The position numbers were made by a program, and so were the translations under genes. From positions 235,538,001 to 235,602,000 of the forward strand of contig CM126203.1 of NCBI GenBank assembly GCA_052327205.1: a stretch of 64,000 nt of DNA. Reading direction: 5' to 3'. Shown here piece by piece: positions 49,606 to 61,768 of the stretch. Below the pieces are notes generated by a model. That model saw only the letters and a program-made list of their open reading frames with translations, was not told the origin of the DNA and searched no databases. Each line of letters starts with the position of its first letter. Within the stretch, counting starts at the first letter, position 1. Source of the stretch: Somniosus microcephalus (taxonomy: Eukaryota).

Positions 49606-51100
49606 ATGGCTGACCGTGGGAAAGCGCAGTCACCCAGGTTTTCAGACGCTGCACTGGAGGTCTTGGTGGAGGAGGTGGAAAGGAGGAGAGATGTCCTGTA
49701 TTCTCAGGGGGACAGGAGGCCCTCCAGACACATGATGAGAAAGCAGCAGAAACAAATAGTCACAAACGTCAATGCCAGGAGCATAGCCCCAAAGACCTGG
49801 ATGCAGTGCCGGATCTCACACGAGTGGTCAAGGTCAGTGAATGCATCTTCAAATGCCACAGCCTACCAACTGCACCACCAGCTTCAACCACTGCTCAATT
49901 CACCACATCCCCATCACTCACCTACCACCAATCGCTATCAATCAGGGCTTACACCTAACATTCATATGCTTCACTTCACCCTCGCATACTTAGCACTACT
50001 GCAAGCCTCAAATCAACATCTCAGTTTGCACACAGCTATTCAACCATCATAGCCACATCACTCAAACATACTTACTAACATACTTCCCTCTCCCTTGCAG
50101 GAGAAGGTGGTGCACAACCAGAGGCAGCAGGAACTAACCAGAGAGGGAGAGGTGTGCCTGCATATTCTAACCCCCATGGAGAAGACAGTGGCCGTTATGG
50201 GAAGGGCCACGGCGGAGGCCGTGGCCACCGGTGGAGCTAAAACCATTGAAGATGAAGGCATCCGCATACCTAATCCTCCACTTCCCCCTCATCCCATAGT
50301 CCCTTTTGACTGATAAGCTGCTGATGGTGTAAGCATGCACTTCTTACTTTCTCCTCTCCCCTCACCACAACCCTACCCAAGTCCCTTTTTCCTTTCAGAT
50401 ACGCAAGAACTGCAACCGGCCCAGGCAGTGGTGGAAGAGCAACTGGTGGAAGAGCAAGAAGACAGTGAAGATAAAGACACGCCATCACTCGATTTCACAG
50501 TCACAAGCTCAGATACCGACACTGTGCATGATTTAGAGGATAGCATCGAGGCAGGATCTGCACGTGGAGAGACACAGGGCACAAGTGCACTGCAGCCAGG
50601 GCAGGTGGAAAGCTTGCCAAAGGAAAAGCTTGCCAGAGGGCAAGGTCACAAACTAGTTCTACTGCAGAGGACTCAGATGATGACTTTGATGGGTCAGGCT
50701 ACAGGAGAGGGCTGATGGGTGTAAACACCCAAATGTTTGGTGCACTAGAAAGCCTGCATTCAATGTCAAGGAGCACGAAGGAGTCCAGCACCAAATTGGC
50801 ACAAGGCTTTGCACAGAGCTTGGAACCCATCCTTTCCTACATGGAATGGGTGGCCACCTCCAACACACCTGTGGCGCCAACAATGATGCAACATCTGATG
50901 GCCGATGTCTCAGCTTCCACTGCAGCATAAGCAGCATCCACCTAACATCCGAGTGCTGTAGTGTAAGTTCAGACTGGTGTCATGTAATCTCAGCCTGCTG
51001 CCATGGAAGCTCAGACTGCTGCCATCATGGCCCTGGATACCAATGTCCAATGTCCAAAGAAGCTTCCAGGGCATCACAGCACTCCTGCAATCTGTTCTCC
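49606..51100 (+). pseudogene. Harbinger Myb/SANT-like DNA-binding protein (exons about 49606-49832, 50101-50257, 50399 onward)
   Basis: PRFSDAALEVLVEEVERRRDVLY...TWMQCR. Donor AAG|GTCAGT. Acceptors CCCTTGCAG and CTTTCAG. Exon 2 begins EKVVHN. Confidence 0.75.
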
Positions 51101-51594
51101 AACAGATCTGCTCCATAAAGACCCTCTGTGATAAGGCCTCCTGCGGGGAGCCCTTCTCCCCCTCCCTCTTCCAGCAGCTTATCCTGCTCTGAGTAGCCTC
51201 TGCTCATTCTCCCAGTCATGTTGAATTCCAAGGGGAAGCTCTACTAGGCCACCCATGTCTGGAAGCAACTGGTTTGTGCACAAGCCTTTAAGTTACCAAA
51301 AAAGTACTTCAGCACCAGCCAGACCACTCCCCGTTGACTATTAAAACGTTTAATAAGTATGGAAAAGCACCCAAAATGTGTAGAATTGCAGCAATAACCA
51401 GAAGAAATAATCCAGAAACTAACCTGCAAATAGTTGATGATCCCTTTAAATAGCATTGGTGGGGGGTTCCTCATGCAGTTGAATGCATGTTTAGCTGTGG
51501 GAGGTTAAGAGAGGGCATAGACTGGAGCATGGAGCTCCAAAATTGAAGCGCTGGCATCAAGTCAGCGTTGCATGCTGATTAACGTCATGATCTT

Positions 51595-51829
51595 TGTGGT
51601 AAACCACTGTCATACCTGTCTGTGTCTGTATGTGTATTCCACTAGGTACAGGTCTGGACATGCCTCGGCTGACTCCTCCCACTATTCCAGGTATATAAGT
51701 GACTACCTCCCAGTCCCTTAGTATTCTGGACGGGTCGACCACTCGAGACAAGACCTTCATTCTTTAGTTAATAAAAGCCTGATTGTTACTCGCTCAACTT
51801 CAGTCTTTTGAGTAATTGATGGCGCATCA
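51595..51829 (+). mobile_element. Gypsy-type solo LTR (235 bp)
   Basis: TG...CA termini. Perfect 5-bp TSD ATCTT. TATATAA and AATAAA. Confidence 0.88.
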
Positions 51830-52222
51830 ATCTTCCTGCTCTGCATGCTGCCGGTGGACATTGGTGAACATATGCTAACCCCTTTACCAATATGGCATCC
51901 AGTGCACTTCGCATCAGAAGTGTGCACGGTTGCGCCGCAGAAGCCATTTTGGAATCTTAAGGGGCCTTGTAACGCCCCAAAAACGGGTGTTACCAAGCCC
52001 AATTTCGCCCCCTTCATCTTAGAAAACTCTTATTCAGGAATTTTCCACTTGGATTGGAAAATTGCTGATGTCACTCCATTACACAAGCAGGGTGAGAGAG
52101 AGAGAAACCAGGAAATTATAGACCTACTAGTCAAACGTCTGTTATGGAGAAGTTACTAGAATTTGTCATTAAGGACAGAGTGGCTGAATACTTAACAAAT
52201 ATGAACTGATTAGAGAGAGCCA

Positions 52223-53559
52223 TAAATAAAAACAGAAAATGCTGGAGAAACTCAGGTCAGGCAGCATCTGTGAAGAGAGAAACAGAGTTGATGTTTCAGG
52301 TTGATGACGTTTCGTCAGAACTGGAAAAAGCAGGAAATGGAACAGATTTTTAAGCAAGTGAAGAGGCTGGGAAAGGGGGGAGGGGATGAAAGAACAAAAG
52401 GGAAGGTCTGTGATAGGATGGAAGGCGGAAGAGGTTAAGAGATATTCAAGGCAAAAGGAGATGGTAATGGGACAGGTTAAGAAACAAAGGATGGCTCTAG
52501 ATGAAGCGCAAATTGCGCTGGCAGAATGAAAGACAGCTGCCATGTGGGGAGAGAAAAGACGACAGACAAAGAGTGTGGAGAAAAATGAGAGATAGGGGCT
52601 GAGGAGTCCGGAAGGCTGTAAAGCGCCCAATCGAAAGATGAGGTGCTGTTCCTCGAGCTTACGCGGGGCTTCCGTGGAACAATGCAAGAGGCCGAGGACA
52701 GTGAGGTCAGAGTGGGAGTGGAGCAGAGAATTAAAGTGAGAGGCGACCGGAAGCTCGGGGTCCCCCTCACAGACTGAACGGAGGTGTTCCGCAAAGCGAT
52801 CACTCAATCTGCGTTTGGTCTCCCCAATGTAAAGGAGACCGCATCGTGAGCAGCGAATACAGTATACTAAATTGCGAGTAGTACCGTACAAGTAAATCGC
52901 TGTTTCACCTGGAAGAGGTGTTTGGGGCCCTGGACAGTGGGAAGGTATAAGGGCATATGTCGCATCTCCTGCACTTACATGGGAAGATGCCAGGCGAAGG
53001 GGAAGGGGTGCTGGGGGTGATAGAGGAGTGGACAAGGGTGTCGCAGAGGGAGCGGTCCCTACGGAATGCTGAAAGGGGGTGAGGGGAAGATGCGTTTGGT
53101 GGTGGGATCACGCTGGAGGTGGCGGAAAATGATCCGTTGAATGCAGAGGCTGGTGGGGTGAAAGGCGAGGACAAGGGGAACTCTGTTGTGGTTCCGGGAT
53201 GGAGGGGCAGGGGTGAGGGCAGAAGTGCGGGAGATAGAACGCACACGGTCAAGGGCTATGTCAACCACTGTAGAGGGGAATCCTCGGTTGAGAAAAAAGG
53301 AAGTCATGTCGGAAGCACTGGTATGGAAGGTGGCATCGTCAGAGCAGATGCAGCGGAGACGGAGAAACTAGGAGAATGGAAGAGAGTCCTTACAGGAGGC
53401 GGGGTGGAAGGAAGTGTAGTCCAGGTAGCTGTGGGATTCAGTGGGCTTGTAGTGAATGTTGGTCAATAACCTATCCCCAGAGATGGAGACGGAGAAGTCG
53501 AGGAAGGGAAGGGAAGAGTCGGAGATGGACCATGTGAAGGTGAGGGAAGGGTGGCAATT
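52223..53559 (-). mobile_element. Penelope-like element (second family), 5'-truncated
   Basis: PFLD...IHYKPT and NLVYCIRCSRCGLLYIGETKRRLSDRFAEHLRS (GIY-YIG). 8-bp TSD GAGAGCCA. Confidence 0.92.
52286..52322 (-). ncRNA. Minimal hammerhead ribozyme motif in the PLE 3' region
   Basis: Minus strand AGTT-CTGACGA-AACGTCATCAACCT-GAAA-CA-TC-AACT: intact core, stem I AGTT/AACT, weakened stem II. Confidence 0.6.
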
Positions 53560-54839
53560 GAGAGCCAGCATAGATTTGTAACTGGTAAGTCATGTCTAAC
53601 TAATCTAGTTGAATTTTTTGAGGATGTCACTAATGTGGTAGATAAGGGAATGTCTATGAATGTTATTTTCAGAAGGCACTCGATCAGGTTCCACACAAAA
53701 GATACTGTTAGCAAAAATGAAAGCATTTGGAACTGGAGGCAACCTATTGACATGGGTAGAGAATTAGTTAGGAGGTAGGAGACAGAGAGTAGGGATAATG
53801 GGTATGTACTCAAATTAGCAGTATGTGGCAGTGGTGTCCCCCAGGCATCTGTACTGGGGCCTCAGCTTTTCACTATATTTATCAATGACTTAGATGAAGG
53901 AATAGATAGCTTTATATCCAAGTTTTCTGACAGCACCAAGTTAATTGGCATAGTATAAGTATTGTAATGGGAGAAGAAATTTACAAAAGGACATAGATTA
54001 AGTGAGTGGGCAAAACTGCGGCAGATGGAGTTCAGTGTCGGGAAGTGCAAGGTCATCCACTTCGGACCCAAGAAAGATAGGTCAGAGTATTTTCTAAATG
54101 GTGAGAAGCAGAGATTTAATTATTAAAAAGGCTAATAGAATGTTAACCTTTATCTCAAGGAAGCTAGAATACAAAGGGGTGGAATACAAAGCTACAGTTG
54201 TATAAACCTCTGTAGTTTGACCACATCTGGAGTACTGCATTCAGTTCTGGGCACTGCACCTCAGGAAGGACATATTGGCCTTGTCCAGGGTGCATCAAAG
54301 ATTTACCAGAATGATTCCTGGGTTTAAAAGGATTAAAATATATGAGGACAGGTTGCATAAGGCTTGTGCTCTCTTGAACATAAATGGCTAAGGAGTGATC
54401 TAATTGAGGTGTTAAAATGATTAAAGGATTTGATAGGATAGAAACTATTTACTCTGGGGTGGCAGTCCAGAACAAGGGGGCATAATTTTAAAATTAGAAC
54501 TAGGCTGTTCAGGGGTGATGTCAGGAAGCACTTCACACAAAGGGTAACGAAAATCTGGAACTCTTTCCCCCCACCCCTGCAAAAAACTGTTGAAGCTAGG
54601 TCAATTGGAAAATGTCCAAACTGAGCTTGGTAGATTTTTGTTAGGTAAGAGTATTAAGGGATATAGAACCAAGGCAGGTACATTGATTTGATACAGATCA
54701 GCCATGATCTAACTGAATGGCAGAACAGGCCTGAGGGGCTGAATGGCTTACTCCTGTTCCTATTAGTTATTTACATCCATGGTCTTTCATGGAGTTCCCA
54801 TTATAACTCCTCTGTAGTGACCTATATATAATCCATATA

Positions 54840-55760
54840 AATGACCTGGATATTGGAATAGAGTAGAATTTCTAAATTTGCCAATGACACCAAACTTGGG
54901 GGGTGTGGCAAAGTGAGAATGATGCCAATCGACTGCAACAGGACATAGAAAGGCTAGCAGAATGGGCAGATGGAATTTAATAGAGAAGTGTGAGGTGATG
55001 CATTTTGGCAGAAGGAACAGGGAGAGGCAATAAACACTTACTGGCACAGTTTTAATGAGTGCAGGGACAGAGGGACCTGGGAGTTAATGTGCATAGGTCC
55101 CTGAAGGTGGCAGGACATTGAGAGTGGTTAGCAAAGCATGTGGGATCTTGGGCTTCATAAAAAGGAGGTATTGTGTAGAGAAGTTATGCTGAACCTTTAT
55201 AAAGCACTGGTTGGGCCACAACTGGAGTACTGCATCCAGTTCTGGTCACTACACTTTAGGAAGGATGTGAAGGCCCTTGAGAGGGTGCAGAGGAGATTTA
55301 CCAGAATGGTTCCGGGGATGGGGGATCTTCGCTACAAGGACAGGTTGGAGAAGCTGGATTTGTTTTCATTAGAGCAAAGGAGGTTGAGGGGTGATTTGAT
55401 AGAGGTGTACAAGATTATGACAGGCTTGGATAGGCTAGATGGGGAAAGGCTGTTCCCACTAGTTGATGGTACAAGGACTAGGGGACACAGATTTAAGGTT
55501 TTGGGCAAGAGATACGGGAGGGACGCAAGGAAAAACATTTTTATGCAGCGAGTGGAGAGGACCTGGAATTCGCTGCCAACGGAAGTGGTGGAAGCGGAGA
55601 CACTCAATGTTTTCAAGGAAAGACTGGATAGGCACTTGAGGGAAATAAATTTGCAGGGCTACAGGGATAGAGCGGGGGAATGGGACTGACTGGATTGCTC
55701 TGCAGAGAGCCAGCACGGACTCGATAAGCCGAAAAGCCTCCTTCTGTGCCATATGACTAT
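54840..55760 (+). mobile_element. CR1 family A 3' copy
   Basis: ORF 55138-55689. Closely similar to 1100-1626 joined to 7166-7596. Confidence 0.9.
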
Positions 55761-58700
55761 GGCCTCGATTTTAATAGCCCTAAGGAGGCGGGTCTGTAGC
55801 GAAAATCAGAAAAAATAACTTCAGACACCCAAGCTGCCTCCATCCCGCCCCCACGCGATTTTCATGAGTGCCTGTTCAGCCACTCCCAAACTGACCCGAC
55901 TGGAACCAGTGGGACAGGTAGTTAAGGCAGTTAAGAGCCTTTCTAATCCTATTTTGATAGTGGTTTCCCATTTTCGTGCTTCTGGCTCCTGTTTCCCATC
56001 TTGTCAGAAACAGGCCAGGTTCAAGGAGACGAGTTGCTGGAGGACATGATTTGTATTCATTGGTGGAGCACTTTAAAACAGCCCCTGAAACATGGCTGAC
56101 ATCCAAATGCAACAATTTTGCTGTTGTAGGTATGGGATAAGATTTTGCTCATCTACTGACCTTGTGCCTGTTCAAGCTGACACTCAGCTGCAGTGTGACT
56201 GGAATGGAATAATTTCAGGACACTTCGACAGTGTGCTTGCAAGCTTGTTGCCTCAAATGAAATCTATAGCAAGGGGATGGGAAAAATTTATGTCCTCTCA
56301 TCCTGGTCCTCATAATCGGAGGAGCAGCAGCCGTGTGGCTCAGTGCAGATCTTCCTGGGAAGAGGACGAGGGGCACCTTGCATGCCCTGTTGTGACCAAT
56401 GCAGCATCCCTCCAGTTCACTGCTGCCCGTCATGCAGGGTATGCACACTGCCATGCCACATTCGCATAAGCTTACTCTTCAACCATAGGTGGCTACCATA
56501 TGGCTCTGTAATTGTAGGTGACATTTGTCCAACGTCATACATCATCTCTGTTATACCCAGTTATTTCCCATCACTTTCACCATCAGCATTACAAAAGCAA
56601 GTCACCCTAAGCCCTCAATGCACTTATGCCATTTCCCAGAACACATAGGCTACACAATCAACTGTTGCCATAATTTTTCTTTATCACATGACAAAAGGAT
56701 CATAAACCAACAACAGTCAGAAGAAAAAAGACAAAATACCCACAAGAGTCCCCTTGTGACTATATGTGCTTAATCTTTCTCTTACGCGTACTTCTATATG
56801 GCGCTTCCCCTGTAGCTTCAGCAGATGTCGAGGCACCTTGCTGACTAGGATGCTGTGCCTGCTTAGATGCCTTTGGCGGGCGTCCTCTGGGTTTGGGCGC
56901 CTAGGAGGGCTCTGCAACAGTCTGCTCTTCCTGCGGCTGTGCAGGGGCCGAAACGGCCATCTCAGTTGGCTCCGCAAAGTGGGTCTCTGGCCGAGGGCTC
57001 CGCAATGGCATGGTCGTGTGAGCGCTTCGAGAGGGGCCCACACTTCCTTGAGTCCTGCCAACAACATCCCTCTCATGGGTCCGCCGCACCTCATGGCTGG
57101 CAAGTGGCTGGAGAACGCCTTGCTGCACATCAGGGGGGCCATGAGGACCCGTATCTGCACTGGCAGTCCTCATCACAAGGATGTCCATGAAGCTCTGGTC
57201 TCTCTGCTCATCTCTCCTCCAGAGATGACAATCTATTTTAAACAATCACCATGTTTTCCTGACTCTGGTGATTTATTTCCTCCATGGCGGTAGCCAGCCT
57301 TTCCAGAGGTACGTTCATGCGCCATTGCCTCTACCACGGCAGTGCTTTAAGAGATGGACTCCTCCATTCTATCTGCACTTGCACTAACCCTGGAGGCAAA
57401 TCCTTCCAGAGACTCCTGCACTTGTTCCTATATTTCCCAAGCAGCTATTTTTCTGGATGGCCCTAGGGGCACAGCGTCTGCATGCAGCTCAGCAGAGCTA
57501 GGAGATGGCTGCGACCTCCGCCAATGACTCTCCACTGCTGTCACTGTCTCCACCATCTGCTGATGCTCACTTGTGCGCGGTGATAGACCAGGTGGCAACG
57601 CTACTCTAACTCGTGAGGGCCCCACTGAGGTGTGCGTTGCTGTGCTGGTGCTAGGTGTGCTGAGTCCTGGTGACGCTGCTCCCTCAGAGGCTTCAGGTTC
57701 CTCTGAGGAGTAGTCTGACTCTTCATCCTAGATCGTGGGGAGGAGAGCATCGATGGTCCTGTGGGAGAGCAAAAGCATGATTTAGACATTGGATATTGAT
57801 GTAGCAGACACATCCTTTTGAGCTGATATGATGTTCATAGAGAATCGCATTGTATGTCATTGCAGTCAATCACTAAATGTCAATGAGAGATGAAACTCTA
57901 TTCCGTCACCAGCTTCCTCTAGTGTGCCCATCTCTCCATTGCCCACTTCCAGATCCTCACCACCTCCAACAATTTAGCGTGCAGCCGCCTCAGCATTTGT
58001 CAATGTTGCTAGGGTTGTTGTACCTCCTCCAGTCAGTGCGCTCTCCCTTATTGTGGGCTATCTTTTCCTGCAAGGAGGGACAGAAGCGGAGTTTCAACCA
58101 CAGTGATGGAGTGAGTGTGAAGAATCCCTACTATAGAAGCTTTGAGGAAGACGAAGATGGCGTAAGCTGCCAAGAGGAAGCTAACTCCGTATGTGTTGTT
58201 AGTTGTTGCCACTGCAGAACAGTGAGAGCGAGTCTAAGGGGTGCATAGGCAGGATGCTGAAGTGATTTAGTACAGAGAGATGGATAGGTAAGGGTGCAAG
58301 GGAAGTAAGAGTAAGGTGGTATGTGGAGGAGCAGGCTTACAACGCAGAGTGCTGGTGATAAGAGAAGGGAAGCAGATTGAAGGGAAGTGTGATGGGATAC
58401 TCACTTTTGATGTTCGCACAAGATCACTAAAGCGGTTCCTGCACTGGATCCAGGAGCGTGAACAAATGGACCTTGTACTGACCTCAGCAATGTGTAGCCA
58501 GGCTGCTTTGGTTTGCTGAGGAGGCTTCCTCCGGCCACCCAGAGGGAAGAGAATCTCCCTGCGCCCTCTTACAGCTTTGACAAGAACATGGAGGGACTCA
58601 TCATTAAATCGAGGAGCTGCCTTGCCTCTGGAAGAAGTCATTGTGGTTGGAGCAATCTCACTGAGTATCAGAATGCAGAAGAGAAAGGCTTAGGCTGAAT

Positions 58701-58882
58701 GGGAGCTTTAAAACCAGCTGCTATGAAGTAGTCATCAGAGGCGGCCACTCATTGGACCGGCCAGCGCGCCCCAAGCGGAGTTAATTAAAATCGGACATCA
58801 GCAGCTGATCCCGCCGGAAGCGGCTCCAGAACCCGCCCACCACACAACCCGACTCTAACCCACTTCGGGAATTAAAATCAAT
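55761..58882 (-). mobile_element. Harbinger-type element with a minus-strand Myb/SANT gene
   Basis: Termini GGCCTCGATTTTAAT / ATTAAAATCAATT. Exon 58405-58641 (APRFNDESLHVLV...SWIQCRNRFSDL) with donor GTGAGT. Exon 2 from 58067 (EKIAHN). Confidence 0.8.
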
Positions 58883-60499
58883 TACTCTAGTGCATGATAG
58901 TAAGCTGTTTACAAACCCAACACCTCAGCATTCATAACAAACTAAAATCTGGCACACTACAGTAATTTGAAACTCTATGTACTGTAGTTGACATATCTAC
59001 TACACATAATCAAATGGAAATGGATATGAAGTCCCAAAGCCTACAGAAATCATTGTTGTACACTTCCCACTTTGAAGGTGCATCAGAGCAACATCCAAAT
59101 TCCTCACGTAGTATTAAAGCAATTTTATTTTGCTAAAATTAACCCACAATGCATCCAATATAAATATAACTATTGTCTGCATCTCAAAAAAACTTACACT
59201 TCACTGCAAACTTATGTAACTGTAAATGTACAATAGCTATGTTTCCTTGAGAAAAAATTACTTGGAATTGCAGAAAAGATTACAAATTGCAGAATTACTT
59301 GCATCACCAATGAATACTAGCAATTAACTTTAGGTGGTTACTTCAGGTTCTAAACTTATTTATTTATGCAAACAAGGTACATTTGAAAAGTTAAATTCAG
59401 ATTATATCACCATGTTTCCATTCTTCCCCAGCCAACTACCATCCATAAGAAATACAACGCCAGAAGGAAACTACATACTTTCATTTGATTTAATATCTCA
59501 GTACAGTCTGCCTCATTTCATTATATACACAAGGCAGACCTCCTCTGCCTCTTGGTTATAATGTACAGTAAAGGTTAATGTACCGTTAACTGAAGGCGAG
59601 TTATATCCTGATTTATATACACAGTCTAGGTGGCAAATTATTTACGATATTTTATGTTCCCGTTCCCCTAAGGTGTGTATGCAAGTTCTGGCAAAAGGAA
59701 TAAATAATTGATTACTAAACCAACAGAGATTGTTTTGCATGGTTTTATTTCCTTGGGTCTTAATGCTGGATAATGGGCACGTTGTTGTTTATATTGCAAC
59801 ATAGTCACGAGAGGTAGTTTCCGCTACATTATAAGCAAGAAGTTTTAAAAGGTAGTTTTTACTGCCGATTTAAAAACCTGGGGTTTTCAGGGGTTTTTGC
59901 AGTTTTTATTTTTTGCATCAAAAAACAGAAAATCAGTTTTTATTTGGGACATCCCTAAACTTCAAGAAAACAAGCAAGGGACTAACAAGCCACAATTAAG
60001 TTAAATAGCAATCGGCAATGATTTATACTGTTCACACACATTATTTTAATGGGCCTGAATAATATCCTGTTCTCCCCCTGCCAAGAAAAATGTTAACCTG
60101 CAGAGGATCATATCCCTACCCACATGCACAGTTCAAGATAGTTTAAAAGGATCTTGGTCTCCTATTTGTTTCAAAATTGAATTATTTATTTTCCCCTGCC
60201 CTGCCCCCCCCTTCCCATTAGGAAATCGTAGCTGCATCCCTTAGTCTACACATTTTACAGGAACCCATCAGGCTCCCAATATTCAGGAGCCCATGTTATC
60301 ATTAACGTAATAACACAAAATAGCAAATGTTTTTTGTATGTTTAAGCTAATTAGCTATGGATGGCCAAATGCATTTGGAGAATGATGGAATCAGGACAAA
60401 CTTATTGGTCACTCAGTAAGACACTAGTACACAAGAGTCAGCGATAACAAAAACACACACACACACGTTGTTACTAGGAAGTGGTATCATTGTTGGGAT

Positions 60500-60870
60500 A
60501 GTTTAGGACCCTTTTCTGCCCACATAGATGTAAAATAAAAACCATCAGAAATCAATGGAAGTACTCAAAATCTCCACGTGGCAAATGGTTACAATGGCAT
60601 CAAATTAAAACTTCTAAATTAAACAAAATGAAGGACATAAATCAGTTTTGACCCATTCTGTCCTTACTAATATATCCTATTTTAAGCAATATCAGCAAGC
60701 AAACTTACCCAAAGTGGCTTCACATCCTGCACTGAAAGTCAGTCCCGAGATGCATGTGCATTGCACCAACGATATTATGCATAATGCATGCATACATCAT
60801 CACGCATTGTATATCACCAGCACGACACGTGCACATCTCGGGACCCAATACGAATAGGTGAATTTGCGCC
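60500..60870. repeat. Ancient hairpin repeat (MER129-like) with a CpG-decayed palindrome at 60742-60844
   Basis: GTCCCGAGATG...CATCTCGGGAC with 34-bp arms differing almost only at CpG transitions. Family name from memory. Confidence 0.55.
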
Positions 60871-61637
60871 TTTGAAAGGTCAGAATCAAACAATAATTAA
60901 TTTTTAATCAATCAACCAACTGAGAAAAATCCACTAATTTATTGGTAGAAATCAATTTTTAAAAATGTTAAAAGCCTTTAATTATAGGTACATCCAGTTT
61001 TACAGCTTACACTGTGTTGTGTATGTACCTTTAAGAACTGATTTTATACTGCAGTACCGGCAGTGACCACCCCTGTATAAAAGGCCCTAGCAGGCTTCTG
61101 TACTTCAGTCCGACGTTACCCTCTGTTCAGTAAAATACCTGTTTAATTGTTCTCCCGCAGTCCTTGTATTATTGAGGCGCGGACTTTACAGTGGCGACGA
61201 GCAATTTCGAACTCACCTGCAGTATTGCATCACCTCACGGGGATCTTTCCCTGAGAAGAAGTTTCTTGGAGGTCGAAGTCAGAGCAACGGGCGTCGACCG
61301 CGGGCAACCGCCCAAGGATCCATCGGTGTTCGGAGAATTGTGGGAGAGGCTGTGGAGAGCTGGGCTTGGCTCCCCAGTCAAGGTGTTCCAGCAAATCGTG
61401 CTGGTAGCAGGTAGTGCGCTGACCCTTCCGGACTGCGGCGGGCTCGAGCGGCTCTACAAAAAGGGCCGCGCAGCGTCGCCGGGAGGAAAGAGAGGGTGGA
61501 GCGCACAGGACGCGGTCGGTGCTCAAGAACCGGGCAGCGTAGAGGAAATAAAACGAGGGGGAAGGAAAAGTGAGACGCGCCGAAGCCGCGGGTCGCCGCC
61601 ATTACCCTGTAGAACGCTAGGAGCAGCGTGGCAGCAA

Positions 61638-61756
61638 GGGGAAGAAGGAAAAGCGCGGGAGGCACCATTTTATTCCATTGGGGGAAGAAGGAAAAGCGCG
61701 GGAGGCGCCATTTTATTCCATTGGGGAAGAAGAAAAAGCGCGGGAGGCGCCATTTT
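61638..61756 (+). repeat. About 3 copies of a 42-43-bp tandem repeat in the Gypsy leader
   Basis: Unit GGGGAAGAAGGAAAAGCGCGGGAGGCGCCATTTTATTCCATT. Confidence 0.9.
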
Positions 61757-61768
61757 AAATCACCCAAG

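Larger units (their letters stand above)
49279..52011 (+). mobile_element. Harbinger-type element carrying a three-exon Myb/SANT gene
   Basis: Termini GGGGGGTTAAATTG / CAATTTCGCCCC. Interrupts CR1. Confidence 0.8.
49140..54770 (+). mobile_element. Old CR1 split by a Harbinger (49279-52011) and a PLE (52223-53559)
   Basis: Collinear RT pieces 49140-49278, 52012-52222 and 53560-54770 (GKSCLTNLVEFFEDVT). 3' tail at about 54760. Confidence 0.8.

Noticed and set aside
56717-57293. Four overlapping ORFs on both strands
   Set aside because: GC-rich interior of a Harbinger-type element (probably the decayed last Myb-gene exon). Not separate genes.
61638-61756. CRISPR-like array
   Set aside because: Contiguous tandem units with no unique spacers, inside a Gypsy leader in eukaryotic DNA.
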